Below, piece after piece: positions 37,235 to 47,288 of a DNA stretch of 64,000 nt (the stretch's first letter is position 1; every line of letters starts with the position of its first letter). This stretch comes from Entomortierella parvispora E1425 (taxonomy: Eukaryota > Fungi > Mortierellomycota): positions 2,232,001 to 2,296,000 of the forward strand of contig BQFW01000002.1 of the NCBI GenBank assembly GCA_020891255.1, in the 5' to 3' direction. A model generated the notes under the pieces. The model saw nothing but the letters and a program-made list of their open reading frames with translations. It searched no databases and had not been told where the DNA came from. Both the position numbers and the translations under genes were made by a program.

Positions 37235-39802
37235 TTAATGTCCTTCAATCCTAAAAATGAGGTCAGGTCGGAGATCCTTAACTATGGCTATGGTCGTGTC
37301 TCCCTCACCCCCCTTCCAGTCTCTGGCACCAAGTCGCTCAATGATCAGGGAGTTTAGGCGTCCTAGGTTCTCATTACGGGCAAGTCGTGCTGCTTGGTCC
37401 GACATTTTGCCTGACGAGAGTGGGAGAGGTATAGGCGATCCTAGATCCAAACTAAGACCTTCCAGGCAATCGACAACGTCTTGAAGGCTTCCAACGGAGC
37501 GTGCCATTTGTTCGACTGAACTTTCGTCCTTACTTGCAAGCATAGCCGTTGTGTAGCGGGCAGTCGGTGGGAGGCACCTCTGCGGATTGACTCTGTTGCT
37601 GAGAGTCGGGCTCGGATCTTGCATTTGGACTTTCCGTTTGAGCTGCGCTATCCAAGGCAAGCGTTTTAAGCGAGCACCATCCGCCGATATTGACCGTGGC
37701 CCACGCCAGCTTCCGCTGACAGAAGTCAAGACTTCGGAGGATGATGACATCAGCCATACCAAATCGCGCTCTTCCAGCGCAACTGGCGCTGCAGCCTCAT
37801 AGACAACACATGCCCGCTCTAGCTTTGACATTCGACGCAAGATGCAAAGTCCTCCTTCAAGTTTAAGGTCTGATGCCATGGACGGAAGAAGGAGGCAGAG
37901 TTCCCTGCAGTTGGGTAGAGCGCGAGCTAGATATGAAAATATACAGCGACTGTTCCAGCTCATTAAACTCCTAAGCTTCCTATTCGCAAAGGTATTGATC
38001 GCAGAAAATGGAGTCGACATGTAGAATGAGCTTTCGCTACCGTTAGACTGAATTTTCAAGTAGAGAGTCTCGAGCAATCGACAGGTCCAGATCTTGTGTT
38101 GGTCAAACAAGTACGGGTTGAAATAACTGTGGCCGTAGGGGATCCCGCCATCTCTGGGTTGACCAAGTCCTCGATCTAGGTGGTGGCTAAGTCGATGGAT
38201 AAACGACGCTGGGGGGGTTGTCAGCTTGAGCTGTTTTAAAGCTCTGGCAGCGGGCGATACTAGAAACGCGTGGACAGACCGCACCAAATCGTGTGACGGG
38301 GGAAAATCTTGGCCAGACGAGATGATCTCCAATGATGTAAGTAAATATGGAGACTCTGCTCCAGGTAACAAGCCCTTCATGACTCCAGGAAGACCCCGGA
38401 GATGACTTGTAGTTTCTGATGGGTCTTCTGCTACCTTGTGTGCCATCAGCGACTCGAAATTATCTCCCAATTCCCTGGCTTCAAAGGACCAAGACTCTAG
38501 ACCTCCAAACGTTTCTGCGAACCCTTGGACTTCCTCAGGGGTGGCAGGCAAGCCAGAATCTAACGAAATGTGGATATGCCGCAGTAAAAGACACTTTTCG
38601 GTGACAATATGGAAAACGGTCATTCGATTCAAGAATGACGAAGTCTCTGGACTTTGGTGGTGATGCATTGCCACTCCATCAAAACCAGAGTGTTCGTCGG
38701 GTATCAGCGGGTTAGGCAAAAGATGGATGTTGATCAACTCGAAGGAAACGAGGGAGGGACAGCTTTGTACCAGGGCTTCCACAGTCTCGCGCAACATCTT
38801 CATTTTCCTGATTGTCAGGTATTTCAACTTTAGAGAATGACCCCATTTCGACCGTGCTGTGATAGCGCTGACCTTCGGGAGGCAGAGTTGCACTGGAAGG
38901 AAATCGCTCGCGTACCGTTTAGTTGCAGACTCGATTAAGAGTCGGAGAAGATTTGGGCAGGATACCAAGATACTATCAATGGACATGATGGGTTCTGACA
39001 TGGCTTCCAGGATCTGGATCTCTGTCAGGAATACTGCCAAGCCGCCTTTTATGCCGATATCTGGGTGGGTTGCGATATGCCAGTAAGGAGGAAGACTGTC
39101 GTTACCGAGTTTAAAGCTAGAGGATAGCTCAAAGCTCTTTGTCAATAATGGCGCTACGCGAGTCAGCACTGGGATGTCTCCATGAACGACCAAGGTTGAG
39201 AATTTTGCTCTGGATATCAAGGATTCGGATCCAGGGCGGATTCCGTGTGTAATATCGATCAATTGAGTCAAGAACCAGGTCCACGCCTGCTCCCTCTCTT
39301 CTGCCGTGCTCATGACTCCATGACCGCCGTAGTCATACCACTTTCTGTACGAATCAGCCTGTAGTAACAACGTCTTACAAGGCCACCAGCGGTAGCCAAT
39401 ATCGATATATTCTTCGCTCGCCTCATCCCGCATTTTCACTGCCACGCGTTTGGGGTCATCAGCCCTACGACCGTGTGCCAAAGTATGTAGCAACAACTGT
39501 AATTCGCCTTTGAGCAAAGCAGGGTTCCAGATGGCGACAGTCTTCATTGATATCGCAGATAGCCTAGGCTCCGCCAAGATAGAGGCAACGAGATACCACT
39601 GACGAGTGACGAGACGAGCGCGATGGAGAATGTCATGGGTGGAGAGGAAAGAGAGGATGAGGGAAAATATTTCAGGGATGAGGAAGATGCGGTGGGGTGA
39701 AGGACTGCAGATCGGATTCAAGACAGAAGCGCAAGATGGGGAGGACGGAGCAAGGACGCCCTCTGGATCCTTGGGGCCAAAGAGGCGCGCGAATGCATGC
39801 AT
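37235..39802 (-). CDS. F-box-like/LRR-like protein of the type expanded in Mortierellaceae, single exon
   Basis: IFLIPEIFSLILSFLS...RLVTRQWY near the N-terminus, LxxL repeats, and WTCRLLETL and L.LEGGLCILRRMSKLE near the C-terminus. Probable ATG at 39802. Confidence 0.8.
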   Translation of the reverse strand: MHAFARLFGPKDPEGVLAPSSPSCASVLNPICSPSPHRIFLIPEIFSLILSFLSTHDILHRARLVTRQWYLVASILAEPRLSAISMKTVAIWNPALLKGELQLLLHTLAHGRRADDPKRVAVKMRDEASEEYIDIGYRWWPCKTLLLQADSYRKWYDYGGHGVMSTAEEREQAWTWFLTQLIDITHGIRPGSESLISRAKFSTLVVHGDIPVLTRVAPLLTKSFELSSSFKLGNDSLPPYWHIATHPDIGIKGGLAVFLTEIQILEAMSEPIMSIDSILVSCPNLLRLLIESATKRYASDFLPVQLCLPKVSAITARSKWGHSLKLKYLTIRKMKMLRETVEALVQSCPSLVSFELINIHLLPNPLIPDEHSGFDGVAMHHHQSPETSSFLNRMTVFHIVTEKCLLLRHIHISLDSGLPATPEEVQGFAETFGGLESWSFEARELGDNFESLMAHKVAEDPSETTSHLRGLPGVMKGLLPGAESPYLLTSLEIISSGQDFPPSHDLVRSVHAFLVSPAARALKQLKLTTPPASFIHRLSHHLDRGLGQPRDGGIPYGHSYFNPYLFDQHKIWTCRLLETLYLKIQSNGSESSFYMSTPFSAINTFANRKLRSLMSWNSRCIFSYLARALPNCRELCLLLPSMASDLKLEGGLCILRRMSKLERACVVYEAAAPVALEERDLVWLMSSSSEVLTSVSGSWRGPRSISADGARLKRLPWIAQLKRKVQMQDPSPTLSNRVNPQRCLPPTARYTTAMLASKDESSVEQMARSVGSLQDVVDCLEGLSLDLGSPIPLPLSSGKMSDQAARLARNENLGRLNSLIIERLGARDWKGGEGDTTIAIVKDLRPDLIFRIEGH

Positions 39803-40033
39803 GTGCTTGAAAAGGAGAAGACGAGTGGGAACCTTTGAGAGAACTCTCTTCTCTCTGGGACCGCCTGAGTGTGAAAATTGCGCGAGGCGGACGCGAGCGG
39901 CGTTGCTGCATATGCGACCCCGTCTGATCGGTGACGGCGATGGAAGGGCAGCCCTTAAGCGATCGGCCTTCTTTGCTGCTTGCATGCGTGCATGGATGAA
40001 TGCGAAACATCTTACTCTTATATAATCGCTAAA

Positions 40034-41349
40034 ATGGGAGACAATTTTGGTAGACAGAAGCGCACCGGCTCCTATTCTCGGTCTCGTTCCCCTTCGACTG
40101 GTCGCCAACGTAGTTCGAGACGCCACTCTAGGTCTAGATCTCCGATTCCAAGGAACAGCGGTCGTAGAGGGTCACACTCTCGCTCTCGCTCCCCATACCG
40201 TACTGGATCAGCACGGGGCGGCCGTCGATCAGCATCCAGATCTAGATCGCCGCGCAGGGGTCGATATGCTTCACCGCCCTCTCGATCGTACTCCAGAGGC
40301 GATAGATCAAATCGGCCGCCTTCGCCTTCTAGAACACAAGGACGTCGTCAGTCACCGTCGCGTTCACGCTCCCGCTCCCCAGGAAGATTCAGAGGAGATA
40401 ACGACCAAAACAGAGGAAGCATTGGAGGGCGAGGTGGACGTGGCGATTTTGGACCAGGAGGCCGCTTTAATCGGGAGGAGGGTAGCAGAGGCGACTATAG
40501 AGGCGGCCGAGGAGGAAGGGGCGGTCGAGGACGAGGTAGGGGCGGAGACGGCCCAAGGGTCGAATCGACATTTGTGAGTGGAGCACATGGTGGAAATGGG
40601 GGTCCCAAGAAGCCCGACGTCTGGGGTGCAACTATGGTGGCAGCCGAGGAAGAGGAAAAACATAAAAAACCCGTCATTGCAGAGGAGGATAAAGAAAAAC
40701 CCAACTTTGGACTTTCCGGATCATTAGCAGCAGAGACCAATACGACGGCGAATGGAACCTTGCTGAAATACAACGAACCTCCAGAGGCGAAAAAACCTGT
40801 GCAGAAATGGAGACTTTATGTTTTCAAGGGCGACAAAGAAATAGGTGAGTGGGTGGCCTTGTCCACAAGGGCATGGATGAGTTTTTATTTGTTTTAAGAA
40901 ACCAACCTTTCTTTGCCCTGCTTTTGAATTAGATCTGCTACATATTCATCGACAGAGTGCATTCTTGTTTGGAAGAGATCGAAATGTAGTGGATGTGCCT
41001 ATAGACCATCCGTCATGTTCAAAACAACACGCAGTGCTTCAGTTCCGCCAAATAGCAGACACGGATGCTCTCGGCCAAACAAAACGAACCACAAAGTAAG
41101 TCTTTTGTTGCTCATTTGCCGTGCTATCTATCTGTCAAGGACTGACCATACAGATCGCTGACTAATCTATATCCCCGTACTCTACTTAGACCCTTTATTA
41201 TTGACTTAGAATCCGCGAATGGTACCTTTGTAAACGGCACACAGATTCCTCCATCACGGTATTTTGAGCTCAAGATTTCAGATGTACTCAAATTCGGCGC
41301 CAGTACTAGAGAATTCGTTCTCTTGCACGAAAGTGCGGACTCTACATAA
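40034..41349 (+). CDS. SNIP1/PML1: RES-complex FHA protein (SNIP1/Pml1) with RS/RGG N-terminus, 3 exons
   Basis: PNFGLSGSLAAETN, LKYNEPPEA.KP...WRLYVFKG, HPSCSKQHAVLQFR, PFIIDLESANGT and LKFGASTREFVLLH. Confidence 0.95.
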
Positions 41350-41413
41350 TATAGACTACAAACACTTTACTATTGTTATCAAAATGTCTAAAATATTACG
41401 TGTACAAATATTC

Positions 41414-42532
41414 CTAAAGGACAACAGCTTGATCGGGCATAGCAGGGAAGGGCACCCTCTTGTAGGACGTGACATAGGTTCCGAACCAGAAAAGCATTCC
41501 AAAGAACAAGCCTGTAAGCTTCTCTGTCAGATGGTGGTAGTACACACTGGTCATCAGCAACATCCACCACCACAGTCCACAGAGTGTGATAACCGAGATG
41601 ACAGCATATCGAGCGCCCGGTCTGTTATCCAGAGCCGACCATGACTCGGGCACATTCAAGAAGACTGACAGCTCCTCCATCAAAAAGAGCCACGCATGGG
41701 TCAATAAGAACATATGACCCGAGATGTCGACTCCTCCTGTCCAGTTTCCGCCTTGACGCCGACAGTGGTGTTGAGACCAGTGACCGTCTACGGAGCAACG
41801 ACCACCCGTCATTACAAAGACGCGGTCAAAGAGACCTGGTCCAAAGAACCATTGAGAAATAAGCCACCAGTATAGTGTCGCCAGAGCCCATCGGACCAAC
41901 GCCCTCATAATGACGTCTGAAAGGACCCGAGCGCTTGCCCGTGTGCCCCGTTCTGGCAAGTTGGTGCCCACCATCGATGGTACTGATGGATCCTGCTCCT
42001 CTGGATGTGATCTAGTTTGTGTCCTTGTAGATGTCGTTGAAAGGTTACCGTCCTCTTGAGGTCGCTGCACGTTAAGTTCTACTCCGTTTCGCTGCTGTTC
42101 CGGCTGCTGCTTAACTAAGGCCTTGCCAAATACAACAGCAAGGTACATCAGGAAGACGATTGAGGTCCAACCCCAACCATTTTTGACAAAGAGCATGTTT
42201 AAAATGTTTCTCTTGTTTGAGAAATAGCTGGGGCGGTCTCCACCAACGAATCCAAAGATCGATCCGAGCAAAAGTGTCACTGGAAAGATAAAGCAGAGAA
42301 ACTGGTGTGGAAGCAACAGGGACGATAGAATTGGAGACCAGGGCCCCGGAGTGGTCGAGGCTGGTGTCTGAGCGAGCTCTTGAAGGGTTGCATGGGGGAA
42401 GACTGGAGAGTCGGGAGCACGGTCCCGAGACCTTGTAGACGAGTTGAGGGATGACGTGAATTGGGAGTCAGAGTCACCATCTAAAGAAGAGGACACCGGC
42501 TGGTGTCCCCGCCGGTGTATCGTCGGCTCCAT
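41414..42532 (-). CDS. FIT2/SCS3: Fat-storage-inducing transmembrane protein / acyl-CoA diphosphatase (FIT/Scs3)
   Basis: YFSNKRNILNMLFVKNGWGWT, QWFFGPGLFDRVF..TGG.C, G.DISGHMFLL and TSVYYH...EKL.G. Confidence 0.93.
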   Translation of the reverse strand: MEPTIHRRGHQPVSSSLDGDSDSQFTSSLNSSTRSRDRAPDSPVFPHATLQELAQTPASTTPGPWSPILSSLLLPHQFLCFIFPVTLLLGSIFGFVGGDRPSYFSNKRNILNMLFVKNGWGWTSIVFLMYLAVVFGKALVKQQPEQQRNGVELNVQRPQEDGNLSTTSTRTQTRSHPEEQDPSVPSMVGTNLPERGTRASARVLSDVIMRALVRWALATLYWWLISQWFFGPGLFDRVFVMTGGRCSVDGHWSQHHCRRQGGNWTGGVDISGHMFLLTHAWLFLMEELSVFLNVPESWSALDNRPGARYAVISVITLCGLWWWMLLMTSVYYHHLTEKLTGLFFGMLFWFGTYVTSYKRVPFPAMPDQAVVL

Positions 42533-43480
42533 GATGTGCGAGATATAGGGGACTAGGGAATGAGTAGATGAGAAAGATAGAGGTGAGGCAGAGATGCGGA
42601 TAAAAAGGAGAAAGTGACTGCTTTTGCACATGCCAAGGAACTGAACCAAAGGATTTTAAAGTAAAAAACGTGGCCCGCTGCTCTTTGATTCAGACGTTTG
42701 CAAGCCCCCTGTGCCATGCTGGCATTGGATATTCATTCCCGCATGGCACCTCCGGAACTCCTGTGTGGAAGCGGAAAGGACGCGTCACATGTTTAGTAGG
42801 TGTGGACTGACGATGTGCAGCTGCATTCATTGCTATTGACTCCAATATCAGTCCAAGTATGTAACCCTACCTTTGTCTGGCATGCCTCTGCTTCTCCCTG
42901 GCAATCATGTCATAGTGGAGGCAGTTCCCCTTGACATGCATAGCGTGGCTTCCTGGGCTTATATTCCGTGTTCAATGTAATAGCCGTTCTGCCTTCCAGC
43001 TTATCAATTCAAAGGATCAATGAAGTGATTTTCTTGGCCTGGAAGAAAGGAAGCAAGCTAATATCAAACCTCCCGTCGCCCGGCCTTCCCATGCCTCTTG
43101 TCGTTCCTGCTCATCTCTCCATTGAGGTTGGTATAGCTATCGAATTAGTTTTGTCGCCTCCACACCCATGGCCAAACGTGTCTGGGATGTCTCCAAGTAC
43201 CACAGCTTCAGAGCTGACAGTTGAAACCTCATGTGACACTAATGGCACCCGTAGGTTCGCCATGGGTCCTCATTGAACTGCTATTTCAGACATTTGCCCC
43301 TCTTGAAGTTTTCCTGTGTCGTTGCGGCTCTACTTCGAGTCTCGCTCGACAGCGGCACGAGAACACTCCTGAAAAGTGTCTCCAAAGGATCGATGAGCTT
43401 GAAGAGGCCCACTTTAACTACAGTCTCAAAGATGGTAACCTCGAGGCTGGAAAAAAAGTTTTTATTCATAGGAGTAGCTG

Positions 43481-45758
43481 CTATCCGAGTCGGCCGGTCA
43501 GATACTCTTGAGAATCAAACAGAGAGGCCTGAATGGTCTTACCGTCAAAATGTCTCCCGTTTAGCTGTGCAGCTGCTGACCTTGCATCTATTCATTTCCA
43601 TAGAAATATATTAGATTTCGTCAAAAAAAAAAAAAAAAAAAAAAAAGGTGGGAATATCTCCACAACCAAAATCATAGCCACGATGCACAATATCAAAACA
43701 TAAACTTACCAACAGGAGAGGAGAACTGGATAAAGATCCGCAATAACCCTTCTGCTGCGCTCAAAGGCATCAGCTGTACTCTAAGAACTGGTCCGTATTT
43801 GCTACACTCCTCCTTAAATTCCTCCTCCAGCTGATCATCCACATCGGCAGGCGTAGCCTCATATTGTAACCGTACGACATTCGATTCCACAGCTCCAGAA
43901 GACTGCATAGTCGCCGGTGAAGGGGGTAGAATGCCACCACTTCGAGCAAGACTCTGCATTACCATATAACGTTGATTTCCACTGATGCTCATATTTTCCT
44001 CCGACGCCACGGACTCACGGTCTCCATTGCCAGCACTGCTGTTTTGTCCGAGGGCTACAAGTCGCTGCGCTGTGGAAGCAGCCGTGGCTGTAGCTCTTGC
44101 TAGCACTGATGAGTCGAAGAATACAGGGTCAATTGCGCTGGAAAATGCTGCTGACCTAACGCGGACGAAAATAAAACAGCCTCACTTACATGCGGGATTT
44201 ACGGGTGCTGCTCCGGGCATGGATACCATTCCTGCTCTTGAAGGATGGATTCCAGCCGCGGTTGCAGCCGTCGATTGAGCTGTTGGTGCTACCATCGGCA
44301 TATTATCCAGAGCTTTCATACCTTCTGGAAGTGGTCCTCCTACCATAGCCTTGCACACACCGAGGGCTTGATCCAGGACTTTGAATCCCTTCATAGCTTC
44401 AACCAAGGCATCAATATCAGTCGCAGTCTTGTACTGCACATAGCTAAAAGGCAAAGGCTTCGTTAGCTTCACCCAGTTTGTAAATTAGTTTTGAGATGCT
44501 CAGGCTGCTGTTGAGGTATCAGCTTTGATGACTATTGCCGCTTACCCAAATCCTCTGTGTTGACGCGTAACTGGGTCAGGCTATATAAATTAAGGCAACT
44601 GTTAGACGCAAAGCTCTGACTGCGTTAGAGTGTCACGACATCACAAAGCACTCTTACCAAAAGTACGCATTGTTCTACTGTCCCGAATGATTCAAAAATC
44701 TCTTTAAGGGCAGTCTCCGAGATAGGTGCTCCAACATTAGCCACGTAGATCCGGTTCTCTGGGGGAGGAGGCATATCTATACAAATAGTTACGAGAAGGA
44801 TTAGCGTTTAGATCGAAGTAAAACTTGGCTTCATATTCAGACATGGTCATCTCCTTTTACCATTGATGGCACTAGCATCATAGTTTTTAGGTCTACCAAT
44901 CTTCAAATGTCGTCCAACTACCTCCACAGAGTCAGAGGCTTGAACAGCCAAAATCGCGGCCTCGGGTAACTCATATTCAACAAAGCAGAATCCTCTATGC
45001 TTTGAAGTGCCTGGGTCAGACTTTAGGACAAGCTCTTTGATAGCACCAAATCGTCCCAGCTTCTGTCGGACGTCGTCCTCTGTGGCTTCAAAAGATATTG
45101 AGCCCACATAAACCCTGCACAATGACTTCCTTTGCTCCGATACATTAGCGACAGCCAACGAGGGCTCAGGCTCGGTCGCTGATGCGAGAACTCCTGCTTT
45201 GAATAGCTGGAACATGATGAAAAAAAGGTGAGAATGGAGGCGCTTAAACTGCTTCATCTCATAGTAGAACCTAGACGACTCTCCAACCATACCTCTTCTT
45301 GAATTTCTCTTGCATATTGCTTGGCGCGCTCCAGAGCCTTTGATTGCGATGCAGTTAATCCTGTAATTGGGTCCTTTGGTTCCTCCTCCCGCTCCTTCTT
45401 CTCGTCTGGCAATAAAGAGGGGTAATTTAGCAACTAGTGCCCTCGAAAGGAGAGTTTATCAGCTTGTCCCCAAGAGAGGCAGATGGATGGTCTTACCTTG
45501 ATCTTGAGTCATTGTAACATCTGATGACTCTGTTCCATTAGCAGCAGAGTCGCTGACTGGCATGCTCTCATCATTCTGATCCTGATCCACACGTGCTTTC
45601 TTTGCTGTTGGAGTTGTACTTGAATCAACCTCAGTGGTGCTTTGTGGGGTTGAAAATGGGCTGCTCACTGCCGAATCCTCCAAGTGCTCGCTGTTCGGGT
45701 CATTGGGTCTCTTGAGTGCGTTTGGCGCAGCCGTTGCTGTTGGTGATCCTTCGTCCAT
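43481..45758 (-). CDS. PUF60: Poly(U)-binding splicing factor PUF60-like (RRM1, RRM2, C-terminal UHM), multi-exon
   Basis: LTASQSKALERAKQYA, CRVYVGSISFE, KHRGFCFVEYELPEAA.LA, RIYVANV, and UHM VVRLQ....DVDDQLEEEFKEECSKYG...LNGRHFDGKTIQA. Confidence 0.9.
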
Positions 45759-45910
45759 GGTTTCTAGGATGTCGTTAACGGGGGGGCGAGGAGGATGTGA
45801 ACAAAAAGGATGGCGCATGTGACGTGCAATCAGATCAGTTTGAGCGTCTTCATCCGATCAGTTTGATCTGATCCGATCTAATTGCTCCTTTGCTTTCTCC
45901 CTCAGTCACC

Positions 45911-47009
45911 ATGCTTCGCCACTCCAAGAACATCTTCGCCACTCTCTCTAGGCCTTGCAGCAGCCGCTCGCCTCTTACTCCTCATGTAAGGGCGGGCAAT
46001 TGCAATCTCGACGCGCGATTTGGCCTTACAGACAACTGACGGCGTGCCTTGCAACCTACCGATAGTTTCCAGCTGCAACGCTCAGAACCGCCTTGCCATT
46101 CACAGTGCAAGACCGTGGCTTCAAGACAAATGTATTGCAGATCCGCAAGGGATATGTTGTAGAAATCAACAACACTCTATCCGTTGTCCTCAAACGCGAG
46201 ACCTCAGTGGTACGGCGACTTTGTAATTCTTGTGTGTGGTGTAGGGGACCTTCACTGACGTATACAGATGCATACTATTTAATAACAATAGATGGGCCGC
46301 GGAACATCCACAGTCAAGGTATATTTGGACTTTATAGTGAAAGAACGGGCCTAGAAAGCCGAGCTGACAGAGTGTCATTGATGAAATCTGGGATAGCTTG
46401 AAGTTCAGGATCTTCTTACGGGCACAAAGCACACTGAGAGATACCGATCCGGCGATATGGTTGAAGTGACAGAGCTGGATGATCACAAGTGCCAGTTCTT
46501 GTACAAGAACGACGGTCAGCTGCATCTGATGGACCCTGAAACCTTTGAGATGTATGAAGTACCGGAATCGATCATGGAAGGTGAGCAATTGCAAGAAGAC
46601 TACCTACCCCAATCCCTGGTCCTTCTTTCTCTGGAGAAGTATTGAAGACCTTCTAGGCTGCTATTCACTCACTACCATTACTGCCACCGTCACCACTCCT
46701 GCTGCTGCTGTTCAATATCATGGTTTAGACAAGCAAGCGCAGTTTCTGTTGCCAGACATGCACGTCAGTCTGTCCGTGTACCGACCCGACCCTGACACCC
46801 CTGGAACGCCAATCTCTATCAAACTGCCACCCCAAGCCATCTTTGAGGTCAAGGAGACACACGCATCTGCGGCCCAGTCCAACAAGGGCACCGTGTACAA
46901 AAATGCCGATCTGGATAACGGCATCAGGGTGCAAGTGCCCGATTTCGTTAACGCGGGTGACAAGGTTGTGGTCGATACCGAGACTGGCAAGTACGTGAAG
47001 CGCGCGTAG
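45911..47009 (+). CDS. efp: Bacterial-type elongation factor P with N-terminal mitochondrial-type presequence, 5 exons (45911-45985, 46066-46209, 46292-46318, 46397-46580, 46729-47009), ~236 aa
   Basis: QIRKGYVVEIN, loop SVMGRG, LEVQDLLTG, QFLYK.DG..HLMDPETFE, PISIKLP and KNADLDNGIRVQVPDFVNAGDKVVVDTETGKYVKRA. All four GT-AG introns splice in frame. Confidence 0.93.
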
Positions 47010-47288
47010 GTGAGCTCTTCGAGAGCCCCCGGTACTTCCACAGATAGATACATGTCAATAGAAATGAAGCGCAAAAGCGCATATGTGACTGTCCTGCACC
47101 ACGCCGTCAATGGCGCCATAGATTTCCGACTCGCGTTTGCAAGTTTGCAAAGAGAGCCTTTGAATTTTTTATTTTTTTCCGTTTTTGTTCCTGTGTGCCT
47201 TCCCTCCTTCCTTCCTTTCCTCCTCTCTTCATTCTTCATTGCCCGTGTGCATTCCTGCTTTTCACCTCCCTCATTCGCCTTTACATAC

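Noticed and set aside
39803-40126. N-terminal extension of ORF 37235..40126 overlapping SNIP1
   Set aside because: It is an open frame through the shared promoter and antisense to RS repeats. The F-box position indicates a start near 39802.
24661-47009. Apparent functional cluster of RNA decay, splicing and translation genes (UPF1, eIF2D, PAN2, SNIP1, PUF60, EF-P)
   Set aside because: These are common housekeeping categories interspersed with unrelated genes. Without synteny data this is consistent with chance.
45911-47009. EF-P as endosymbiont or bacterial contamination
   Set aside because: It has four spliceosomal introns and a presequence, and is continuous with fungal genes on both sides.
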